A stretch of 63,888 bases of DNA, the filler included, from Reclinomonas americana ATCC 50394 (Eukaryota): assembly GCA_048213135.1 (NCBI GenBank). It is 18 parts of 18 records of this genome, joined end to end, with 100 filler letters (N's around TTAATTAATTAA, not from the genome) between each part and the next. Parts side by side here need not be neighbours in the genome. Positions count along the whole stretch, not along the records: positions 1 to 16,649 come from AFZH01023494.1; 17 more parts are not named here. One strand, 5' to 3'. Position numbers and translations under genes: made by a program. The stretch's first letter is position 1. Each line of letters opens with the position of its first letter. Positions 1-9,400 of this stretch are shown here, piece after piece. The notes beneath the pieces were generated by a model, which saw only the letters and a program-made list of their open reading frames with translations, ran no database searches and was not told the origin of the DNA.

Positions 1-853
1 GGACGATGTGAGTGATTCACACACACGGATGCGATTCGCACAAGGCACACAGACAAACAAGCACACGCGAGATGATGAGAAGGAAGAGAGAAGAGAGAAA
101 GGAGAAGAGAGAGACGAGAGAATGTGAAACAACAGATGAGGGTGTTCAATCACGTCACACATGCGCGGTGCGCTCACACGAATCAATGACACGCACACAT
201 GCACGTTGAGGAGGGAGAAAAGAGAGAGAGAGCAGAGAGCGCGAGAATGTGACGCAGATGGGCGCGTAAATTATCACAACGCGAATGCAGCGCGCGCACA
301 CACATGCAGATCAACGAGACGCACACACACACGCACACGCGCAACAATGTTCACTCAGAGGAGGAAGAAGAGAGAGAGAGAGGAGAGAGGAGAGAGAAGG
401 AATCATGTCTGCGATCAATGCACACTGCGAGAAGAATTCTCTCTCTCTCTCGCTCATTCTCCCCTCCTCTCTCTCCCTTTCTCTCTCTCTCTCACTCGCC
501 CTCTCGCTCTCTCTCTCTCTCTCTCTCCCGCGCGCACACATACACACCTTTCATGCAACAACGAATCGAACATGAGTCCTTTCGCCTCCTGCGTCCCTCT
601 CTCCCTCGCTCGCGCATTCTCTCACGCCCCGCACTCTCTTCCTCACTCATCCATGACAGGTGGAACAGCAGGCGACCATAAAACACGTGCGTGCTGCAGA
701 AAGAAAGAGACGTCAGATGTCCCGCATGACATTGATCTCACACGCATAACAAGGTCGCCACGAGAACAAGCCGACTGTGTGTGTGAGACGTGTGTGCAAC
801 AAGGTACATCGTGTTGAAGAGCGAGAGAGGAAACAAACAACTGCGACGAGAAG

Positions 854-3800
854 ATGTCGGTGAGTTGTATTGATTGCGTGGGGGACGCTTGTTGTTCGCA
901 TGCTTCTCCCTGTCTTCTCTCTCCTCGTCGCTTGTCGCTCACTGTTCTCGTTGACACAGTTCTCTGTGCATGTGAGTGCGGCGCATGATTCGTCGCTGTC
1001 GGTGGTGGTGGAGGGCATGTCGGCCATGTCCACTCTGGCGGACTTGCTGCGCGAGGCCACACGCTTGCTGCGAGAGAAGAGTGGAGATGGGGAGATGGAG
1101 ATTGTGGGAGTGGAGAAGCCGCTGCCACTCAACATTGAGGAGGGAGGAGACATTCCGCTGCGCATTTTCGGCATCAACTCATTAACACACCTTGTTGTCC
1201 GTCTGACACTTGGCATGGCGCTGCAGTCAAGTGGAGGGAGTGGGGGTGTAAGGTATGCGTTTGTGAATCATCTCTGTGTGCAAAACATGCCACTCACCCT
1301 CATGTCCTCCCCAGCAACTCGGAGAGAGTAACTCGGTTTGTTTGCTTGCATTCGTCCTTTTCTCCCTTTCACTCACCCTCATGTCCTCCCCAGCAACTCG
1401 GAGAGAGTAACTCGGTTTGTTTGCTTGCATTCGTCCTTTTCTCCCTTTGCTTGTTCTTCCACGCGAGGCGAGTCTGTGCTGATCGTGTTTATGTGTGCAC
1501 GCGCAGCATGATCAACTTCAATCGCATCAATATGGCCTTTGAGGTGGTGGAGGAGGCCGTGCGTCTGCGCTGTCAACGCGCTCTTGCGCAGTTCAGTCGC
1601 GAACATGACAATTTTGATGTGCGGGCATACGCTCCGGATTTATGGTCGCAGAGGATCGAACACGGCGACTTGTGGGCGTGGGTGCCCTGCTTTGTGAGCT
1701 CAAACATGCGTATGCGTGAATCAGCCGTTACGGCATGGCGTGAGCGACATTCTCCACTCCATCCCTCTCGAGTCAAGTTGTTCGAGGAGAAGCAGCCAGT
1801 TATGTTGGCCTGGCGTGCTGCATTCGACGCTAACCCATCGTGCGACCCCTCATGTGATGGTTTCGACACGACGGCACTCTCCTCGATCATGTTATACGGC
1901 GGCCTTGCAAAAGGTGGCTATCGGCGTCTGCGCATTTTGCTTATTGACGGCGTTGATGAACGGAAGGCTGTGGAACATCTTCGTGATGCAAGAAACGCGA
2001 CAAGTCATGGTGGATTACCGTTCACAGACGCCACTGTGCAGCAGTACCTTGGTGACAGTGGTGTCTTCCTCTCCATCCTCTCACGACTGCAACTGATGGC
2101 TGACGAGATTGCTCGCTACACTGCTCGTATCTGTGAGGCGCGTCATGTTGACATCAACATCAGCACATTCGAAGAGCGACTGCATCGACTGGCTGTGCGT
2201 GAGCTCTCTTTCTACCAGCACGACGAGAGTGTGCGTAAGGACATGCAGATGTATGTGCCACTGCTGTGCTCACGTGAGCGTGACGTCTCTGCGAGCGACA
2301 AGATGACGGATCTGCTGACGGAGGTGGATGCATTCCTCTCCGACGCCAACACCGCACAGCGTGTACTGGTGCTGTTAGGCAACAGTGGAGCCGGCAAGAC
2401 CACCACCATGTCGGTGCTGGCCGAGCGAGCTTGGCGACAGTGGCAGACGAGGGAGAGCAGACGTGTGCCTGTGCGTGTGCCTCTTGGCGCTCTGCGCAAT
2501 GCCGATGAGCGATTGTTGGAGGAGGCACTGGAGCGACTGTCACCCGAGTTGGGATTCAGCGAGTCGGATGTGCGACGGTTGAAGGAGGAGCCTATGCTGT
2601 TGTTGCTTGACGGATACGACGAGCTGTACAGTGGTGTGAATCTGTTTGTCAAGAATCAGTTGGATGTGTGTCGCGATGTGAAGGTGATTATCACCTGTCG
2701 GGGTGATTACGCGTTGACGACACTGGGTGGAGTGACACAGTATCGACGGTACTTTGCACCAGTGGATGCACGAGGACAGTTGTGCATGCAGCAGCTGATG
2801 GAGCGACACATTGCACCGTTCAACAAGGAGCAGATTGAGGAGTACTGTGTGCGACTGGTGCGAGTGGATGGTGATGATTGTGATGGAGAAGTGCGATGGT
2901 CAACTGCCGATGAGTACATTCGTGCACTGAAGAGTGTGCATGGACTTGATGCACTGGTTTCGAATCCATTCCTGCTGACAGTGGTGGCTCGTGTGTTGCC
3001 GCAGTTGGTGGCGAGTGGTGTGCAGCGTCCGACTCGGTGTGATGTGTTTGACCGATTCATTCGACAATGGATTGAGAGAGAGCAGGAGAGGCAGACACGT
3101 CTCGATGCGGAACGTGTGCCGAGTGAGGAGACATGTCTCTCGTTCTGTGAGGGACTGGCTCGTTTGATGCATGAGAGGAATGTGGTGCGTGTCGTGTCAG
3201 AGGAACGGGCGTTCGAAGAGGACATTGAAGAGTTTGGCGGAGCGCCACTCTCGTTGCCACGAGTAGAAGAGGGCCCGCTTGACAAGTTCCTTGGTCACAA
3301 GAACCAGCATGTGCGAGCGTGCTGTCCGATTGTGCGACGGTACGGGACGGAGCAGTGGGGTTTCGTGCATCTGTCATTGCTGGAGCACTGTGTGGCGCGA
3401 CACGTGTTTGCGTGGGAGACATGGGATGAGAAGAGAAGATTGAAGATGGAAGATGTGCAGCAGCATGTGCTGGCTGTGCGCCTGCTGAATGATCGACCAT
3501 CACTGGTGGAGCAAATGGCCGAGGTGGTACGACGGTCTCCTAAATTGCAAGCGAGACTGTGGGAGGTGATTGAGATGTCACGAAAGGTGGATGAGGAGCG
3601 ACTGGTTACTGCAGCGGCGAATGCAGCGACGGTGTTGTGTGTGGCACAAGTGTCGTTCAGTGGGCGAGATCTGTCGGGGGTGCGAGTGAGGGGTGCGGAT
3701 TTGCGGGATGCGGTGATGCACAGAACAGTGTGGAGGGGAGCGGATTTGCGAGGTGTGAATGTGTGCATGGCGTATGCGAGGGAGGCGGATTTCAGAGGGG

Positions 3801-6274
3801 CGGATGTGACGGGCGTGAAGTGGCCGAGGAAGCCGTTGGTGGGACATATTGGAACAGTCTATGCAGTGACGGTGACACCCGATGGTCAGCACATTGTGAG
3901 TGGCGGTCGTGACAAGACTGTACGTGTGTGGTCGGTGGCGAGCGGCGAGGAGGTGTGCCGACTGGAAGGTCACACAAGTGCGGTATGGTCTGTCGCCGTC
4001 GCCCCAAATAGCCAGCACATTGTGAGTGGCAGCGAGGACAAGACTGTGCGAGTGTGGCCACTAGAAAGTAGCGAAAAGATGCGACGATTGGATGGACACA
4101 CCGGTGCGGTATGGTCTGTCGCCGTCACCCCAAATAGCCAGCACATTGTGAGTGGCAGTGCCGACACGACGGTGCGTGTGTGGTCACTGGCGAGTGGAGA
4201 GGAGGTGCGACGGTTAATTGGGCACTCAGGAATAGTATTTTCCACTATCATCACTGCTGATGGGCAGCATGTCATTAGTGGTAGTGATGACCGGACGGTG
4301 CGAATGTGGTTACTGGCTAGTGGAGAAGAGGTGCGTCGATTGGGGAATGGGGCGAAGTCCGTTGCCGTCACTCCAGATGGCCAGTACATTATCGGCAGTG
4401 GTATAAATGACTGGATGGTGCATGTGTGGTCCGTGTCGAGTGGAGAACAAGTGTGGCGGCTGGTGGGGCACTCTGCAGTGGTGTGGTCTGTCGTCGTGAC
4501 TCCCGACGGTCGATATGTTGTGAGCGGGAGTGCTGACAAGACGGTACGAGTGTGGTCGTTGGCTACAGGAGAGCAAGTGAGACGGTTGGAGGGACACGTG
4601 AATTGGGTGCTGTCTGTAGCTGTCACCCCTGATGGCCAGTTCATTATTAGTGGAAGTGAAGATGGTACAGTGCAGCTGTGTTCTCTGTCAAGCGGAGATG
4701 AAGTCCGCCGCTTACGGCTCGAGGGACACACTCGAGATGTATCTTCTGCCGTCATCACTCTCGATGGTCTGTATGTTGTTAGTGCAGGGTGTTGGGAAAG
4801 ATCAGTACGAGTGTGGTGTGTTGCAAGTGGTGAGATGATTCGCCAGTTGACAGGACATACTAGCTGGGTGAGATGTGTTGCTGTCACCTCCGATAGACAA
4901 CACATCGTCAGCGGAAGTGATGACAAGTCTGTGCGGGTGTGGCTACTGGAGAGTGGGGCAGAAGTGCGTCGATTGAAGGGTCATACCGGTGTGGTGACCG
5001 CTGTTGCCATCACTCCCAATGATCAGCACATTGTCAGTTCGAGTGAAGACACGACTATCCGAGTGTGGTCACTTGTGAATGGAAGGGAATTACGACGGTT
5101 GAATAGACTGCACACTCGCGCTGCGGGCACTATAAGTGGATTCGACGAAGACATCTCGGTGCATGTTTGGTCTCTCGTGAGCGAAGACAATGTTCGGCTG
5201 TTTAGGGGGCATACGTACCCTGTGTCGTGTGTTGCCGTCACTCTCGACGGTCAGCATATCGTGAGTGGGAGTGGGGACAGAATTATAAGGTTATGGTCAC
5301 TTGAAGGTGGACAAGAAGTTCGGAGACTGCAAGGACACACTAGCGGGGTGATTTCTATTGCAGTGGCTCCCAACTGTCAGCATATTGTGAGTAGTAGCTT
5401 AGACCAAACGGTGCGATTGTGGTCTGTGGATAATGGGGAGGAAATCCGCCTGCTAGAGAGGAAGGCATTGGGTGTAGTTTTTTCTGTAGCTTTCACTTCT
5501 GACAGTCAGCACATTGTTACGGGAGGCTGGGATACCAAAGTCCGTGTGTATTGTGTGACAAGTGGCGAGGAAGTGCGACGGTTGGACGGACATACGAATT
5601 GGGTGATGTCGGTTGTTGTCACTCCAGGTGGTCAACATATGCTAAGTGGTGGCTTGGATAATACTGTGCGGGTGTGGTCTGTTGCTAGTGGCGAACAAGA
5701 GCAATTACTGACAGGGCACACAGGAGGAGTGCAATCTGTTGCTGCTACTCCCGATGGTCAGAACATTGTGGCTGGCAGTGGAGACGGCCTTGTACGACTA
5801 TGGTCACTGAGGAGTGGAGAAGAATTGCAGCGGTTTGTGGGGCACGATGGCTGGGTGAGGTCTGTCGCTGTGAGTCCCGACGGTCACTTTGTTGCGAGTG
5901 TTAGTGATGACAAAACTGTACGGGTGTGGGCAATGGTGAGTGGAAAGGAAGTGCGGCAAATGGACGATGACAGCCGTGAAGTCTGCTTCACTCAGGATGG
6001 TCAGCATGTTGTGAGTGGGAGCAACGACAACGCTGTACGCGTGTGTTCCTTGCCCAGCGACAACGTGGTCCGGCAAGAAATTCAGTACATTACACACAGT
6101 TTGCGCAACACTACTTTATGTGCTACCAGTCTACGGCCTGGTTGGACACACAATGTCATTTATCTTTACCGTGGTGGCGACGAACTGGTTGAACGCATTC
6201 TTGGCTCATTCCTTCCCGAGTTCGACAGCGACTATTGCGATGGTCGACTGCCGAGGAGTACATTCATGCACTGA
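854..6274 (+). CDS. NLR-like STAND protein 1: UBL - HEPN (DZIP3-like) - NACHT - pentapeptide repeats - ~18 WD40; spliced model join(854..859,960..1252,1507..6274), ~1688 aa
   Basis: Exon 1 is ATG TCG|GTGAGT. Exon 2 starts ACACAG|TTC (960) and ends AG|GTATGC (1252). Exon 3 starts GCGCAG|C ATG (1507). Phases are consistent and every junction is conserved in the paralog at 29091-29752. Walker A GNSGAGKTT (~2378-2404), Walker B LLLLDGYDE, VIITCR, NPFLL, FVHLSLLEH, AAANAATVL, pentapeptides GADLR/EADFR, then GH...VRVWS WD40 repeats. Confidence 0.9.
960..1215 (+). other. Ubiquitin-like N-terminal domain encoded by exon 2 of NLR1
   Basis: FSVHV..LSVVVE..STLADLLREA...PLRIFGINSLTHLVVRL follows the beta-grasp pattern. 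Its end resembles ubiquitin TLSDYNIQKESTLHLVLRL. The pattern is conserved in the paralog (KLKTLGINSSTHLVVRV). Confidence 0.6.
1291..1448. repeat. 79-bp tandem duplication inside NLR1 intron 2
   Basis: cactcaccctcatgtcctccccagcaactcgg... starts at 1291 and again at 1370. Confidence 0.9.
1508..2100 (+). other. HEPN domain (DZIP3/hRUL138-like) of NLR1
   Basis: NFNRINMAFEVVEEAVR at the start, FDTTALSSIM (1862), and AVEHLRDARNATSH with RxxxxH at 1991-2008. The paralog has FDIGDLGSMF and RNTLAH. Confidence 0.7.
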
Positions 6275-6331
6275 GGAGTGTGCTTGGGCTGGATGCGCTG
6301 GTGTCGAATCCTATCCTGTTGGCAGTGGTGG
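6236..6331 (+). pseudogene. Relic fragment of another NACHT paralog overlapping the NLR1 stop codon
   Basis: tgcgatggtcgactgccgaggagtacattcatgcactgaggagtgtg...gcagtggtgg aligns with 2892-2988. It reads RWSTAEEYIHALRSVLGLDALVSNPILLAVV in a different frame from NLR1. Confidence 0.85.
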
Positions 6332-6434
6332 GTGGATCGTATCTTGTGTGGTTTGTGAAGCGTCATTCGTGATGCAGGTGTTTTCGTATGTTTTGCTGAT
6401 GACATTGTTGTTTGTGTCTTTTGTTTGTGTTCAG

Positions 6435-9400
6435 TTACTTATATGGCGGTGTGGGCACGCCTGTGCAAGTCGGCAGCACTTCGTTGCTTGTTTCTGCAGG
6501 TCTGTTTGTCTCTGCGGTGATGAGTATTCGATCGTCCGTGTCTTGTGTTGCTGACGTGTGTGTGTGTGTCGTTGCAGTGACGAGCTTCTCACCGAGCAGC
6601 ATCATTGTGGAGACGAGTGGCGTGCAAGTGACTGTGAGTGGCAGCGGTCTGTCGGATGCGGATGTGGTGCAAGTGCAGAGTGCGGGTGCATGCACGGGTG
6701 CTGGCACTGTGCTGGCGCTTGTTTCGACGGCGGTCGATGGACTGACGACGATTCGGCAAACAACAAGCACCTCGCTTGGTGTTGGATCGTATTGGGTGTG
6801 GTGCGTGTCATGTTTTTTTTTTGTGAGCACAAGTTTTGGAGGCGACAGTAATAAGCGCGGTGTCTGTCAAGCGAGAACAGTGCATGTCGTAGAAAGAGTG
6901 AGTGAGAGAGAAAGACGGATAGTGGGGAAGAGAGGAAGAGTGCTCCCTATGAGGTACGCTCCTTTTTCTCCGTGCACTGATTGTTGCATGTTGTTTGTGT
7001 CGCACAGCATTCACTTTGGAGGTGCTCAAGCTGGAGTGTGGCTGCAAGTGCCTGGCGTGTTGGCTATTGGTGCGTGTGTGCGTCCATGGGTGTGTGTGAT
7101 CTGGTGCAGGGTTGCGACTCATGTTGTGCATTATATTGTTGTTTGTTTTGGTTCATGTGTGTGTGTGTGTAGTACCGTCTGCGGACTCGTACACACCGGC
7201 GAGCATCACGAGTGAGACGACGGGTCAGAGTGTGACGGTGACCGGCCATGGTCTCACGGCCAGTGACGACGTGAAGCTTGTGTCTGGAACTGGGTGCTCT
7301 GGATCGCCGTCGTACAGTATGACGACTGGAGCACGCGGAGGATCAGTGGGTGCATGGACATTGACGGTGACGACGAGTAATGTGAATCTGACGCCGGCGG
7401 GACAGTATTCTGTGTGGTTCGTCTTTCGCAATCCGCATTGGTGTTGCTGAGAAGAAATTCGGCTTGTCACTGACTTAATGTGTGTATGCGATGACAACCA
7501 TGCAGCTATCGATTCAACGGCACGGGGGCATATGTGCAAGTGACATCGACGCTTTTGAATGTCAGTTGAGTGATTATTTGGAGAGAGAATGAATGTGTGT
7601 GTGTGTGAAAGAGAGAAAGAGAGGGAATGAGAAGTTGTACATGTCGAAGGATCTGACATATAAGCGGCTCCACTCTTCCCCTCTCCCCTTCGTTTTTCTT
7701 CCGTTTTCTCTCCTCCTCCCATTTTTGCAGACAAACTGGCGGAGTCATGCACGCCGAGTTCGATTGTGGCGGAGACGAGTGGACAGACGATCACGGTGAC
7801 TGGACGTGGTCTGACGACGGCCGATGCGATTCGATTGGTGCTCGGTGCTTCGTGTGGCGGAGCGACGACGTACGATCTGGCTGTGGGATCGGCGGGTGGT
7901 GTTGCGGGAGCACGGACTGTGGTTGGCACAGTGTCGGATGTGAATCTGACGCCGGCTGGCTCGTATGTGGTGTGGTGAGTGTGTGTTTGTGGAGATGAGA
8001 TGTGATGTGGTGGAGAGGGATTGGGTTTGCGTGCTTGCTGTTGTTGTTCTTGCAGAGTGATTCTCGTTTATGAGATTTTCTGCTGTTTCGACTGACGTGT
8101 TGTGCATGGAACAGCTACAAGTACAACAACACTGGATCGTTTGTGGCGCTGACGGGAGCACTGAGCGTGTGTTGCGTAACTGTTTTCTTGATTCAAGGTC
8201 TAGTTTTAGTTCCATTCCGCTAACTGGTTGTGCGCTCCATTACAGCCAAATCGGCAACGTCATACTCGCCGTCGAAGGTCACTGCAGAGACGACTGGCGA
8301 AACCGTGACTGTAACTGGACGCGCATTGTCATACACAGATGCTGTGCGACTGGTGTTGGGTGCGACGTGTGGTGGTTCGACTTCGTTCACGTTGACAACT
8401 GGCACTGTCGGTGGAAGCGCCGGAGCGCGCACGGTTCGCTTCATCACGTCAAGCACTGCGATCGCTGCGGGATTTTACACTGTGTGGTATGTTTTGGACG
8501 TGATTGTGTCTTGGTGCTGTGGACGTCGGTTGTGCTTACTCGGTGCTGCTGTACTCCTCTCATAGTTATCAGTACGACGCTACCGACAGTCTTGTCAGTG
8601 TTGGCAGTGCATTGGAAGTTGGTGCGTTCACACATATTTGCTTCCTCCATTTTCACTTTGTTGCTTGTCCCCTTTGTTGTCTCCTTGTATCTATCATGCT
8701 TCTCACTTTCTGTTCATTACCACAGGTGCAAGCGGTGACTCCTTCACTCCTTCATCGATACGCTCCGAGACCAGCGGCGAGGTGATTTCCGTTACTGGTC
8801 ACGGCCTTGCCAACTCCGATTCTGTGCAACTTGCTGCCGGTGTTGGATGCGCGGGTACAACGTACAGCCTGTCAACGGGCTCATTGAGCGGATCGGCGGG
8901 TGCGCGAGTTTTGACGGCTTCCACTCCTGGTCTCACCATTCCGGCGGATGTTTACACTATTTGGTTAGTGGATGCGCGTTTCTAGTCTCATGCGCTCTGG
9001 ATGTGTTCCTCTCTGCTTCCCTCTCTCTCAACAATTTCTCCTCTCCCAGCATTCAGTTCAGCTATACTACCGGCTATGTGGCTGTTTCTGGCGGCACGAT
9101 TACTGCTGGTACGTTCATATCACGGTCTCAATGGGAATAGATGGCGCTATCTTACATTTCTTCGTGGGTTCCATTTTCCTGTGCTGCTGATATACAGTCG
9201 AGACGGCCGCACCGGCCACGATATTCTCTGGAACCGCCAATCTAGTGATTACCATTACAGGGCACGGCTTGCTTGCGGCCGATGCGGTCAAGCTGGTGTC
9301 TGGGACGACTTGCAGCGGCAGTCCGCAGTTCCCTTTGTCTCCGAGTGCAGCAACTGCTGGCGTGGCAGGAGCGCGGCTGAAGACGGCATTTACCCCGAAT

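Noticed and set aside
12..850. ORFs in GA/CA/CT microsatellite regions (also 10540-10840, 13610-13900, 52710-53340, 62350-63888)
   Set aside because: Low-complexity translations. The 650-853 region is homologous between the NLR paralogs but keeps no common frame, so it is probably 5'UTR or promoter.
1346..1506. ORF-track N-termini of NLR1 (1346) and NLR2 (29249), and long N-terminal extensions of array ORFs (e.g. 35835, 43346, 50367)
   Set aside because: They run through intron or spacer sequence and are not conserved between paralogs; the spliced or downstream ATG models fit better.
3970..4926. Antisense and alternate-frame ORFs over WD40 and FN3 regions
   Set aside because: Shadows of repetitive or GC3-biased coding sequence on the other strand.
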